Below, one piece after another: positions 40,001 to 52,900 of a DNA stretch of 64,000 bases; the first letter of the stretch is position 1; each line of letters begins with the position of its first letter. Below the pieces are notes generated by a model. It was not told where the DNA came from, ran no database searches, and worked only from the letters and a program-made list of their open reading frames with translations. The position numbers were made by a program, and so were the translations under genes. Source of the stretch: Monocercomonoides exilis PA203 (lineage: Eukaryota; Protista; Preaxostyla). Where the stretch lies: the NCBI GenBank assembly GCA_001643675.2, contig LSRY02000025.1:1116001-1180000 (forward strand), written 5' to 3'.

Positions 40001-43000
40001 TCAGACAGAGAAGAAGAAGAAGAAGGAGACAGTTCAGAGAATGGATATTCTGAATGATCGTTGCCTGGATAAGGATAGGGCAGATGCATAGTGATGCGAG
40101 GGGGCTGTGTGCCTTCTTCAGAAATTGTGCGAAGAAGACGAGTTGTGTCATCACTGCCGACACATCTGCGGGAGACATAAGGAGGAGGAAGAAAGAAGGA
40201 GGAGAAGGGACAAAGATAGCTCGGCTCAGACAGAGTAGTTGAAGATGAAGATGGAGAGGATTGGGAGGGGGAAGAAGAAGTTGCATCGGAAGAATAAGAG
40301 AAGGATGAAGCAACGTAGAGATGCTTGTTGAATGGGTATGAGGAAGAGACAGGCGATGGAACAGAAAAGGGAGTGGAAGGGATTGTTATGATAGATGAGT
40401 CATAATAACTGGATGAAGAGCCAAATGAAGAAGAGAACGAAGAAGAAGAAGAAGATGATGATGAGCCCATCGAATCTTTTCCTTTTGCACTTGGAAAGAG
40501 AGACATTTTGAACAAAGGTGATGGCACATAGCGATATTCCTCGTATTTCTGGATGTTCGCTTCTGCTTCTCCATCGTCTTTGTTCTCATGTCCCTGTCTA
40601 TCAGAAAGCAGACCAACATCTTTCATCTTCTTCAAGTCATGCACAAATGACAGATGCTCAGCAGAGGTGGAGAATGGGATGTCTGAGAAGAGAGGGTGGA
40701 AGGCATCTTCAAAATAGGATGTTGCCAGTTGTGTGTTGATGTGCAGCGAGGCTTCCATTGCTTCTATCAGAGAATGCACCACAAGCTCTGACAAGGTGAA
40801 TTCAGGCACATTATTCGAATCTGTGACAAAATCTTCATTTGTTTTATCCCCTTTCTCACTGTCTGTATTGCCTTCACTGTGTTCCATAGAATATTCATAT
40901 TTAGCTGATCCTTCGTAGCTTCCCCCACACATGTCACAATGGATACGAATATTCGGCAGTTTCGCCTTCTGTCTCCTTATTCCGTCTTCTCTTCGTGTCT
41001 TCAGCCATTCCTCCTGCTTCCTCTGCTTCTCTTCCTTCTGCCTCTGTTTGTTCGACTTCTTCTCTTTCATCTCTTTTTCTGCTCGTCTTTGTGTCTCTTT
41101 CTTTGTCAATGGCCCAATAAACAGTGGATGGCGCTCGTCCAACAGAGAGATGATTTCTTCTGCCTCTGCCTCACTCTCCTCTTTGCTCTCTTCTTTGTTC
41201 AGTGTGTTGGTAGATTCTCCTTTTGAATGTGTTCCCTGGGCATCAGATGAAAGAGAAGAAGAGGAAGATGAATCAATTCCGTTCATCTTTCTTTCTCTCT
41301 CTTTCTCTCTCTCTTTCTCTTTGATCAGATGCTCCCACACAAAGATGCGTTCAGGTGTGGATTTGGATGTCAGGCAGAGGGTGATGGGCGATGTTGATTG
41401 GCTCAGAAATGGAATGGAAGATGAAGAAGAAGAAGATGATGATGATGAGGAAGAGAGAGAAGAAGAGGGAGAAGAAGAAGAAGAAGATGCTCCGAGTGTA
41501 TCTGATCCCTCAGATTTTGTTGATGTTCCGATTGAAGAATCAGTCGATATGCTCTCAGAGGAAGAGAAAGGAGAAGATGAATGGGCACTCAACGAATCAG
41601 ATGATGACGAAGACAAAGAAGAAGAAGAAGAAGAAGTCATAGAAGAAGAAGGAGATGCTATTGAAGAATCAGAAGAATCAGAAACAGAAGAAGCAATGAT
41701 TGCAGATCCGAACATAGAAGCTCTCTCAGGCGGGTATTCAGAGAAAGGGAGCAGCCCATCCACCAAAAAGGCTGCCCAGTTGCATTCGTCGGGTGTCTGT
41801 GTGTATGTGCTGCTGCTGCTGCCTGCCCTGCCCATCTGAATCCACTCATGCTCCTTCTCTTCTCTGTCTTCTGCTGCAAACTCGTCCTCTTCTTCTTCTG
41901 ATGCTGCCATACGGCGATGGAGGAAGGGGTGGGAACTGAGTGAGAAGTCAGAGGGAGAGGGAGAGGGAGAGGAAGAGGAAGAGGATGGATGAGAAGATGA
42001 ATTGAGATTGGGGGTTGGTTTAGTGGGTGCATGAGGATGAGAATCAGAGGAAGAAGAAGAAGAGGTGGAGGAAGATGGTGAAGAAGAAGTCGAAGAAGAC
42101 GATGATGAACTTAAAGTAGCACCAAGAGATGAATGATTATTATTATTATTATTAGTCTTTGAGTCAGATGTGCTGTTGTTATCACCATCAAGTGCTGTGT
42201 CAGATGATGTCTTCATTTTCTTGTTCTTCTCTTTCTCCATCTCTTTCAGTCTCTTCATCTCCTCCTTCTCCTCCTTCTCCCTCCTCAGCATCTCCTTCTC
42301 CCTCAGCCTCGCCCTCTCCTTCTCCCTCTCCCTCGCCTTCTGCACCCATTCTTCCTCATTCTTCGCTCTCCTCTCTCTGGCTGTCTGTGCCATCTGGCTC
42401 AGAATACACCCACTGCACACAAGCTGCCCTCTCTCTTTCTTGTTCATCGTCTTCTCATTCAGCTGGGGGAGAATGTGAGGATGGGGGAGGATATCACAGA
42501 GAGTGGTGGAGGATGAGGAAGAAGAGGAAGAGGAAGAGGAGGAAGAGTTGAGAGAAGAATTGGAAGAGGAAGAAGAGGAAGAGGAAAAGGAAGAAGAAGA
42601 AGAAGATGATGATGAAGCAGCATAAGGAGAAGCATAGGGTGGGAAGAAGGAGTCAGGGAGTGATGTGCTGAAGAGTGAAGTGGCGATTGTGGATGTGTAT
42701 GAAGGAGGAGGAGGAGAAGGGAAAAAGAATGGAATTGGAAGAGAGTCGGAGCAAACACTGGTGGAAGAGGATGAATGGCGATGTGAATGATTCAGAGAAG
42801 AAGAGGAAGAAGAACAAGAAGAGGAAGAAAAAGGAGAGAATGAGGAAGAATTTGAAGGAACAGAAGAAGAAGAAGAAGAAAGAGAAGATTCGAGTGGTTT
42901 GAGAGAGAAAGGAGGGCCGAGATAAGTTGAAGGCTCAGGCTGAGAAAGAGTGATGGATGAAATTGTTGAAGGAAAAGAGACTCTTTTTGAAGAAGAAGAA

Positions 43001-45035
43001 GAAGATGATGATGATAATGATGTGTCTGGTTGATGTGCAGCAGATGGCTTGGTTGGTGTTCTGGAATTGAATGGAGAAGAAGAAGAGGAAGAAGAAGAGG
43101 AAGAGGAAGAAGAGGAAGATGAGGAGGAAGGGCAGGATGGAGAAATAGGAGAAGGAGGATAATAAGGATATGATGATGAAGGAGAAGGAGATGGTGTTGC
43201 TGTTGATGATGGAGCAGATGATGATGATGATGATGATGATGATTGTGATGTGAATGGTGAAGGAGAAGAAGGAGAAGGAGAAGTTGGAGAAGAACTTGAT
43301 GTGGCTGAATTAGAAGAAGAAGAAGAAGGAGAAGAAGAAGAAGCTGCTGCTGATGATGATGATGAAGTTCCAATTGTGGTTGATTTCTTGTTTCTGTTTG
43401 TTTCGACAGATGCAAAGAAGAATCCAGTGAACACTGTTGTTGGCTGCTTCTTCTCTTTTTCTCGATATTTGGTTCGCAGAAAGAAAGAGTTGTTTTCGGA
43501 AACATTTGCAGAAAGCGTATTTCCATTTCTGCTTCTGTCTTTTCCTTTCTCTTTCTCTCTTTCTTTCTCCTTTTCCTTTTCTTTCTCTTTCTCTTTCTCC
43601 TCTCCAAGTATATCTTCAGCACTCAGCACAATGTCTGGTTCCTCATCTCCATTTGCTCCATTCTGAAGGATGTCTTCGTCTTCTCCTGTTGCAATGAATA
43701 TCAAATCACTCCAGCTGCTTTCATATGCAACACCATTTGCTTCTTTCAGGTTTTCTTCATTGGATTTTTCTGTGCTTTTTGCTTTGTTTCTGTTTATATA
43801 ATTCTCATTGAAACCATTGGCAGATGAGTTATTGCTGCCATTTTGTTCAATGTGTTGATTGCTCTTTGTTCTTTCTGTGCTGCATGTTGTACTGTTTGTG
43901 AGAGAGGAATAAGGAACAGACGCTGCCCGGGCAATCCAATAGTGGCGCGGAGGAACTGATTCTGTGTCGATTCCATATCCATACAGAATAACTGGGACAT
44001 CAATTGATTCGAGAATCTGCTTGGAGTAAGAAACAAACGGCTCTTTTTGAGGAATATCTGTTGTTATTGTTATTGTTGTTGTATGTTTTCAATAAAATAA
44101 TAGATTTAAAAAGACATTGAAACAAAAGCTTAAATAAAAACTTTGGACCTGTTGATGGTTGGACAATAGAATTGCCATTTGACGTAATATTGTGCGGGGC
44201 AGATCTTGGTGCTGTTGATGTTGCATTGAAAAATACAAGCAAAGGACCGTATTTGTTAAGAAGATGTTTAATTTGGCTCGGAGTTTGCTGACGGAATTGT
44301 ATCAGATCCATCTTGGGTTGCAATTTTCTTTAAAAATTAAAAATATTTACAACATTTACAAATAAAATTTTTTTAGAAAAAAAAAAAAACTTGCAAGTTA
44401 AACCTTATCAGCATTTGAATTAAATTCAGATGTTCTGGGAATTGTTCTTTTGGAGAAAGATTTGAATAATTGATTGAATAATGAGAAGCAGAGTTTATCT
44501 CATGTATTTGCCCTTCAACTGATTTAAATTTAACAATAATCAATAATCAATAAATAAAATAAATCATACGCAATACAGTTATTGCCAAACGTGCAATACT
44601 TGGTCCAGCTTGAACAAGATCAAGAATTGCAGTCTCAAATGGATCATTTGATGTTGTCATCGAGAATGGATCAAATGAAAAGTTATTCCCATCGCTGAAC
44701 GTAGAGTTTCTTACTCCTAAGTAAGCTATAAGAAGCTCAAAAGCATTATTAAGACATGTAATCTCTGGTTCACTGTGAAATGGCTTACGAACATGAGGAT
44801 GTGCTAAATATATAGACGGATTAAGTTTGTCAAGCCAGTTAAAATTTTTAGGCAAATCGTCCGAGTCTTCATCAGATAATGACGTTAGAGTAAGTTTTGA
44901 TGAATCCAGGCTTGTATATTTGATAGTTCTGCCATCTCTATAGTTCAGAAAATAGATAGAAGGCGTGACTGTATTTAATCGTTTGAATTTGTGTGAATAA
45001 AGAAAAGAGAAGCATAGAAAAAGGATGCGAAACAT
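37090..45035 (-). CDS. Giant membrane-anchored papain-like (C1A) pseudoprotease, two degenerate domains with poly-Ser insertions (4 exons, >2500 aa)
   Basis: Signal peptide MFRILFLCFSFL. Domain 1 has LPKNFNW, IKHLLNKYGPL, VPVILYGYG and HYWIAR. Domain 2 has PDECNW, LESLIYQHGPV, LPVIIYGFG and VWLAK. C-terminal TM is GVVVILAAIVSALFLI. Confidence 0.7.
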
Positions 45036-45100
45036 TATCTGATCTAGCCCATTGTGTAAATAACCAATTACTTTTTCTATTTCTTGTTTTTGCATTATAC

Positions 45101-45557
45101 ATGTTTGACCCAGATCTTACGACATGGAAAAACCTTAAATCTACAGAAAAACATTTGAATACAAGAACGATGGAGCTAATGCAATTGGCTGAACATCCTG
45201 AAATGTATCTTGATCATCCTCTTCTTCAGGCTTTTCAATTATTAAAGTACAGTGAATGTGCTGATGAGGAGCAAAAAAATTTGAAATATGAAGATTTTAC
45301 TGAACAAAAATTAACTTGCCCGGATTCATTTTCACCTCAGTTTTGTCAAATTCTTTTTTTTATTTTTTGATTCAACATTTTATTACTTCTAAGAAAATGG
45401 TCGAAACGATTTTCTGATTTGACAGCAAAATTCAATGCTTTGCCTCCATCACGAATACCATCAGATCTTTTGGATTGTTTACCTGCAGAAAAAGCTCATC
45501 AGCAATCTGCAAAAAAAGAGCTCGAGAATTTGTATTCAAATCGAATGGATGCTTGAT
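45101..45557 (+). CDS. Small hypothetical protein (2 exons)
   Basis: ATG 45101; intron gttttg..ctaag (~45340-45393) joins in frame to a TGA at 45557. Confidence 0.55.
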
Positions 45558-46302
45558 TTTGTTAATCAGAATTACATTTTTGAACAAAAGATTACACTAA
45601 AACCGTTTTGATAGATTTAATCTACTGCTATTGAAAAAAAATTGATTGAAGATTCATTTAGCAATGAAGCTATGCTTCAATGACGAACGTGTTTTACAGT
45701 TGTGTAACCGAGTTGAGCAATTAACCTTTGTGCTCTATGTATTTCTTGCATGAAAATCATTTTTGAACGATAATTAACTGTTCTTGAAATGGAAATTGCA
45801 TTTTTCTATCCAGTTATATTATTTCTGAAGATTTGAATGTAAAATCAACATTCTTGTCATTTTCATGAAAATTCATTTTTTGAAGAATTGTTAATGTATT
45901 TTGAACTATTAAGCTTTTAGTTATTTTTGAGTGTTTTCTTGCAAAATTTAATCCATAGAAATTTTGTCAACAAAAAAGTCATAATATTTCAATTTTGGAT
46001 TTCGAACATTAATAAAATGGATTTCAAGAATACATATTAAAATTTTTGTATATTTTGAAGTTCTAAGTAACACTGATTTCTTTTTTGAATTTTGAAATGC
46101 TGAAAAAAATATCAATTGAAAATGAACATTTATTTTTTCACATTTCATCAAATGATTCACAAATAAATTAAAGAAAAAATTCTACAAATTCGTTTATATC
46201 ATTGCTCAATTGTCAAATAATCTTCATTATTTATACAAATTTGAAGTGAAAATTGAATTACTGCAATTCCGTTAAATGTAACCATTATATTAAAGTTATT
46301 AA

Positions 46303-48045
46303 ATGTCGTTAGGCGGAGGGACGATGGTCATACCTCCGCGCATATCTGCAGAGGATATGATATACTTATTATCCCCTGTAGAATCCGTAAGGGTAATAGC
46401 GTGCTTGGATGAAGCTGTTGAAAAGCTGGCTTTTTTAAATACTTTAACCCCTGATGTTCTTGCTCATCGAGATGAATTAGCGACATTAGTCGGAGATGAA
46501 ATTACTACTTTAATAAATGAACAAAAATCACTTGAAAAAGAGTTTGCACTTTTCCTTATTTTGCACATAATGAAAAAACAAAAATTTTTTAAAGATTTGA
46601 ATTGCTTGTACAGCAACAGCATGCAATGAAGCATACGTCAAATCCAACTGAAATGAAGAATATCAATCAGAAAATTGCTGAAGTTTCGTCAAAGCTTCAA
46701 GAAAAGACAATGGTCCTTTGCAGAAATCTTCGTGATTCTCCAAATATTTCTGAAAATATTTTGAAAATTCAAACTGAAAGGGTTGCGCTCCAATCTTTAT
46801 TACAAAGAACAACAAGAGATTTGCAAGAGTTCATGTACATTACGTTGGGAAAAAGTGTTTTGGTTTGCATCAAGCTGATATTTAACACTTATTCTTATGA
46901 TTATTTTAGGAGGACAAAGAAAAAAGTGACAAATTAGCTATGGCAGAAGAAAACGAAAAGAAAGCAGCAGCAGAAATAGCGGCTTTGCAAAACCAGCTGA
47001 AACTTATGAGAGAAAAATATGATCGAGTTGAAGCAATGCTTAATGAAAGTGTAACAAAGAAAAGAGAAGAATTAAAATTTCTACGAAGCACACGCCATGA
47101 AGTTCAAGTTGCGCTTCCAGAAACAGAATCAAAATTGGAATCATTGAAGCGTGTGATGGAACAAGAAGAAGAGGAATGGGAAGAGAAAAACGAAGAGCTT
47201 CAAAAGAAGTCTGAATTTATGTTTTTTTTTTCTGAATTATAAATCATTTTTGGTTTTTTTATTTAAAGAATTGAATTAGAGAAAACTATTCACGAAGAAT
47301 TCTATGGATTCCTCCAAGCGAAAGATCAAGAAATGAAGAAGGTTTGCTTATTGAAAGAAGATATTGTGAATTAGCATTGCTTCAATAATATTTCATAAAA
47401 TAATAATGTTTTTTTTAAAAATTCTTTTATCCGATAATCGTTCGCTTTTGTTTATTCTAACTTTGTGAAATATATGATTATTATTATTATTATTATTATT
47501 ATTATTTCTTAACGACTTTCTTTTTCTGAAATTATTCATTTATTCTTTCCTGAATGCAGCTGATGACAAAATGGCTTCTGAAATCTGAGCGAGACACGGA
47601 AGAAATCACCTTCAAACTGAATTCAGTTTCGACCAAAATTAACGCGACTGAAAGTGTGCAATTGCTGTTATTTCACGATTTTAATGTTGAAATATATTTT
47701 TTCCCCTTTCTTTACTTCAAAAATAAATAAATTAATTAATTAATTAATAACATCTAAAATGATCAGAGGTTTTGGAAGAAGTACGCTCGTCAGAGTTGTT
47801 GAAGAGGATAGAAGAAGAAGAACGCGAAGAAGAGAAGAAGCGCGAGAAAGAAGCACACGAAATAGAAATGAAGAGGCAAGAAGCACGTAAGCAAGTTGCT
47901 GTGCTGGAAATACAACATTGGATGTGGGCAAAGAAGATAGCAGATAAGAAGAAGAAGAAGAAGAAGAAGGGTATGCTTTTCTATTTATTGAAATGTTTCA
48001 ATTAATATTCAACATATATTTTTAGGAAAGAAGAAGAAGAAGTAA
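46303..48045 (+). CDS. DRC9: Dynein regulatory complex subunit 9 (IQCG), multi-exon
   Basis: LSPVESVRVIACLDEAVEKLAFLNTLTPDVLAHRDEL..VGDEI and LCRNLRDSPNISENILKIQTER. It has a degenerate IQ motif (IQHWMW) and a poly-Lys tail ending GKKKKK-stop. Confidence 0.85.
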
Positions 48046-48191
48046 CAATCATTTTTTGGAAGAATCTTTCTATTTTCTCGATCTTTTATCATGTTATTAA
48101 CTTTTTCACTTCTGACAATTTTTGATATAATTATTTTTTTTTTTGAAAACTTTATTCATTTCTCTTAAAAATCTTATTTATGTGCTCAAAA

Positions 48192-48673
48192 GGCAAAGGG
48201 CTACTTTAAGGGTACCTAAAAAATTCTTAATAAGCTTAATGAAAAGGCTAATTGTTTCCAATTGAACTTTCATCAACACTCTTTGGCGTTGACTTTATGC
48301 TTTATATATCTTTTTTCTTTTTTAGGGTTTTCGTTCTCAAAAACAGCTGTCCCCTAATAGAAATAATTAAAATAAACTATCAACAAATCGTTTTTTTAAC
48401 AATAAAAAGACATATCAAGGTTTTATAATTTGTTTATAGGGGCTATTTGCAATTGTTAGGGTTGAAAGAAACTCAATTAAAGAGTTTTTATGAAGTTTGA
48501 AAAAAGCCTCGTAAAACTTGAGATTTGAATAAAAAGCCATTCAATCATTTTCATTTTTGATCAATTGGTTATTATAAACCGAATATACTTATAATATCTC
48601 TACATTGCATTTTTTAGCTATTTATTCATGGATTTAACGAAAAAATCGGGTACCCTTAAAGTAGCATCTTGCC
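48192..48673. mobile_element. Non-autonomous DNA transposon (MITE), Merlin/IS1595- or hAT-type
   Basis: TIRs GGCAAAGGGCTACTTTAAGGGTACC and GGCAAGATGCTACTTTAAGGGTACC (22/25 match). A perfect 8-bp TSD GCTCAAAA lies at 48184-48191 and 48674-48681. There is no internal ORF. Confidence 0.9.
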
Positions 48674-48957
48674 GCTCAAAATTTTATTTTTATCCAAATG
48701 ATAATTACTATTGGCTTTTCATCAAAAACACAGTTTTTGAACTGAAAAACGAAAGATGTTCCATAATCACTTTCAGTTTTATTTGAAATACAATTTGCGA
48801 GATAGTTAGCATTCTGGCAAAGACAAAAATACTGTGTGATATTTATGAAGATTTAATATACATATAATTGCTATTGATATATAAAATATGTTCGCTATTA
48901 CTCAAAAAATAATAATATTTTCATTTAAATGAACATCAGAGAAATAAAAGCTTTGCG

Positions 48958-49923
48958 ATGGCAAAAATTCTTCCTCAACAGATGAAATGGCTTGAAAATA
49001 GTCAAATTGACGGGAAAGTTGCCAATGAAACTGCGCGTGATGGGGAACATCAGCTTTCATCAGATTTTGGCATAATCTTTCCTTCTTCTCAAACAGGAAT
49101 AGAGCACAATCAACAATTGACTGATAGTATAGAAGCAAAGAGTAAATCAAATTATGAAACTGGGTTATCCAATCAACCTCAAAAATCACCAGGAAAAAAG
49201 AAAAAAAAAGTGAAAAAGAAAAAAAAGCAAATTTCTGCAACTTCAAACCAAAAAGAAAGTAGTATACCAGAGCTTTCTGGGCCTTCTATTTGTGAACCAA
49301 CTCAGGTGAAGGATGAATTTCCTGATAATCGTTTTATTTCTCAAGAAGAAGCAGAACCTATTGAACAAAAAAAAGAGATTTTTAACAGCAGAAATTCACT
49401 TTCTCTTTATTCACCGAGTCAACAACAACCGCAGCCATTATTTTTAAGCCAATCAATAACGACGCCTCTCCATGAAAGCGCTGAGACTGCATCAACCCAA
49501 TCGCAGTTAAGTTTTACACGTTCAACATTCCAAGAGTCACAAGATAGGTTATCATTTCTAACAGCCAAGCTCGGTAGCCAAAATGATCAGAAAAATTCTC
49601 GCTTTGCAAGAACAACACCATCAAATGAAAAGAATTATCGGCAGGACGCATCTCCGAGCCAGAAGCCAAAAGGCACATTTATTTCTCTATCTTCTTTATC
49701 AACTCCTCTCCCTGCTCATTCACCTTCCACGTTTCCGCAATCACCAAAAGAAGAATCCCCAAAACGTAAATTCCTTTCATTGCCGTTAACTTCGAAATTT
49801 GCACCAACCAAAGAAAAAGTTTCTTTTTTCCCATCTCTTTCAAGCGTCGCGAATTCTTCTTCTGCTTCAAATAAACCATCTCTTTTTTCTCCTCTTACTG
49901 TTTTTCCATCACCATCACCATCA

Positions 49924-49954
<31 letters not shown>

Positions 49955-52900
49955 CAGCTTTGTCACCATCATCATCAACAACAACGTCTTCTTCATCTTC
50001 TTCAGGTTCTCCTCATTCTCCTTCTCGCTCTTCTTCTGCCCCTCAAAAATTGAAGAAGCCGTTTTTGGCTTCTCTTTCGTTCCTCTCAAAATACAAACAA
50101 GAACCTCAACTTTCTAATTCATCGAATGACAGTGACGACTCTTCAAAATATGCTTCTTTTTCGTCTGATCCTAACAAAATGCAGAACAACAATATTTACT
50201 CTTCCTCATCTTCTTCTGCTTCTGCTTCTGCTTCAGTTTCAGCTGATTCTCCATCAGCAAGTTTGACATTTGGTTCTTCTATGCCTCTTTTTTCCTCACG
50301 AGCACTTTCAGCCACAAGAACTCCCGCCAAGTCTTCTGCCCAGCCTCTCTCTTCGTCTCCTTCTCAGCCAGCCAGAATGGCAGCAGCAGATTCGTCTTGT
50401 CTGCCAACTGCACTGTGGTCAGCAGAAGATGAGAGGCGTCTTCAATCGTCTCAGCTGAGCAGACGGCTGCTGATGAGGACGCGCGAGGCTGTGCTGAATG
50501 AGGAGGCGCAGTTGAGAGAGGAGGAAGAGGCACGGAGAGACGCACTGAACGAGGTAAAGAGGAAGGAAAACAAGCAAATGGAAGAAGTCAGAAAAGTCAT
50601 AAGCGACTGGAATGAAGTGCGAGAGAAAGAAGAAGAAGAAAGAAGAGAGTGCGAAGAAGAAAAGGGGAAAGAAGAAGAAAGAGAAGAAAGAGAAGAAAGA
50701 GAAGAAAGAGAAGAAAGAGAAGAAAGAGAAGAAGAAGAAAGTTTCCAATCAAAGAGTACAACATTAGAAAACGAGGCTAAAGAAAAGAAAGAAGATGAGG
50801 GTGAAAAAAGAGATGGATTATTTGAGAAAGTTGAGAAAATTATTAAAAAAGCAGCTGAAGGAATAAATGAACAAAGCAATTATGAAAATGAAGGAATTTC
50901 AGAAAAAAAAGAAGAATCGAATGAAAATGAAGGAGATGAAGATGTTCTCGGTAGAGCCGATGAGAGCACGAAAGAAAGTGAGAAGTTTTCTGAAATCGAC
51001 AATGAAGATTCAAAGAAGGAAGAAGAAAAAGAAGAAAACGAGCAAAACGATGTGACTCAAGTAAAAGATGCAGTTGATAGTGCAACAAGTGTGAAGGATT
51101 CTGAAAGTGAACAGAGCAACAAGACGAATGATGAAGAAAAGGAAGAAAATGAAGCAAAAACACCTGTGGAGTCGAAGAATGATGAATTGGACGAAGAATC
51201 AAATGAGAAAAAATCAGAGAAGGAAAATGAAGAATTGCAAGGCAAAGATGATGATTTAATAAAGGAAAATAATCAACAAGAAAAAAGAGGAGATGAAGAA
51301 GAGGAAAAAGCAAAAAAAGAAGAGAGTGAAAGCAAAGCAACGAAAATAGAGGCAGAAGTAAAAGAAAATGATGAGTTACAAGAAAGAAAAGAAGAAAAGA
51401 GTGAGGTTGTTGGCACTGAAGAACAAACAGATGCAAATGAAACGAATGAAAAATCAAAAGATGAAGAAACGATAAAAAGAGGTGATGAAAAGGAGGAAAG
51501 AAAAGTTGAAGAGGAAGAAGACGAAAAGAAAGACAAAGAAGATGAGACTTTAACAAAAGATGAAAATAAATCAGAAGAAAACAATTCCGAATCAAATTTG
51601 AATGCTGAAAGTGAGCAGGACAATTCTAACAGAAAAGAAACAGAACAGCAACAAGAGGAAGAGAAAAGAGAAAAAGAAGAGAAGAAGAGCGAAATTGAAG
51701 GTGCTTTGGAAGATGGGCAAACAGATTCGCAAAATGACAATTCAGAAGCAAAAGAGAAACAGAAAGATGATAACTCTAAAAAGGAAGAACATGAAAACTT
51801 ACAGAATTTCGTTGAAGGCAGTGAAAATGAACAATCAAATGAAGAAAAAGCTGAAAAAGAGCAAGAAGTTAAAGTTTCTCCAGCGACGAGTAATTCTTCT
51901 CTTCAAAATGAAACACTTCAACCAAAAGAAGAAGAAGCTCCAACAGAAAGCAATAAAACAGACAGAGAAATTGAGAATATCCAACAAGAACAGAACCAAA
52001 GAGAAGATATCAACCAACAAACCGAAGAGACAAATAAAGAGAATGAAGCAAATGAACAGAAAGAGGAAGCAGCCAGTCAAAAGCAAACAGGCTTCTTTCT
52101 GATTAACTCAGACAAACCTTTTTCTGTTCCTTCGCAGCAGAAAAAAGCATATGCCTCTTCAGTCAAAAGTCAGAGTTATACTCCACACGAACAGGAGAAG
52201 AAAATGACAGGCGAAAAAATGAATGAAGATGAAAAAGAAGAAGAATCAAACGCGAGGCGAAATAGTTTGAAAGAACCGAGTGATTGTTCAAGGGAGTTTA
52301 TGAAAAACGAAACAGATAGACAGAAAATGGATGATTTCAATAGAAGAACATCATTTTCGGAGAACAAAGAAAAGAAACATGAAAAGGAAGCACAGCTGAA
52401 CGAATCAAAAACAAGCAAGTATTTCTCATCTTTTCCATCATTATCTTCTGCTTCTGCATCTGCATCTGCTTCATCATCAACTTCAGCTTCAGCTTCTGCT
52501 TCTGCTTCATCATCTGCATCTGCCTCTGCTTCATCTTCACAAGCATCGAATTCTTCGTTCTTCCCTTCTCTCTCCAGTTCAATGCGACCTTCATCGAGAT
52601 CATCTTCATTCTCAAGTGTCTATCCGAATAAATCTGAAAATATGGATAGCTCTTATTCATCAGTTAAATCTCCTATTGATGCTTCAACATCGTTTTCAAA
52701 CAACTTCAATGCAAATCCACAGGCTGAGACGCAAAATGCTCGAAGCGCAAAAATTCAACAAAGAAAAAAGAAACGTTTTGAAGAAGTTGCATCAAACAAC
52801 AATGAAAATACCTCGCCATTTATATTCAAAGCCAACAGCACTCCAAATTCTGCTTCTGTGTTTTCTGCCTCTACTTTGCCTGTCAACACACCCCGCAGCA

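Noticed and set aside
37910-43697. Many antisense and alternate-frame ORFs (e.g. 40931-41839) here and over other large genes
   Set aside because: Shadow ORFs of TCT/TCA/GAA low-complexity repeats with no independent coding signal.
45660-45740. Possible C/D snoRNA (ATGACGA) and short hairpins
   Set aside because: No suitably placed CTGA D box or recognisable rRNA guide, and the stems are too short.
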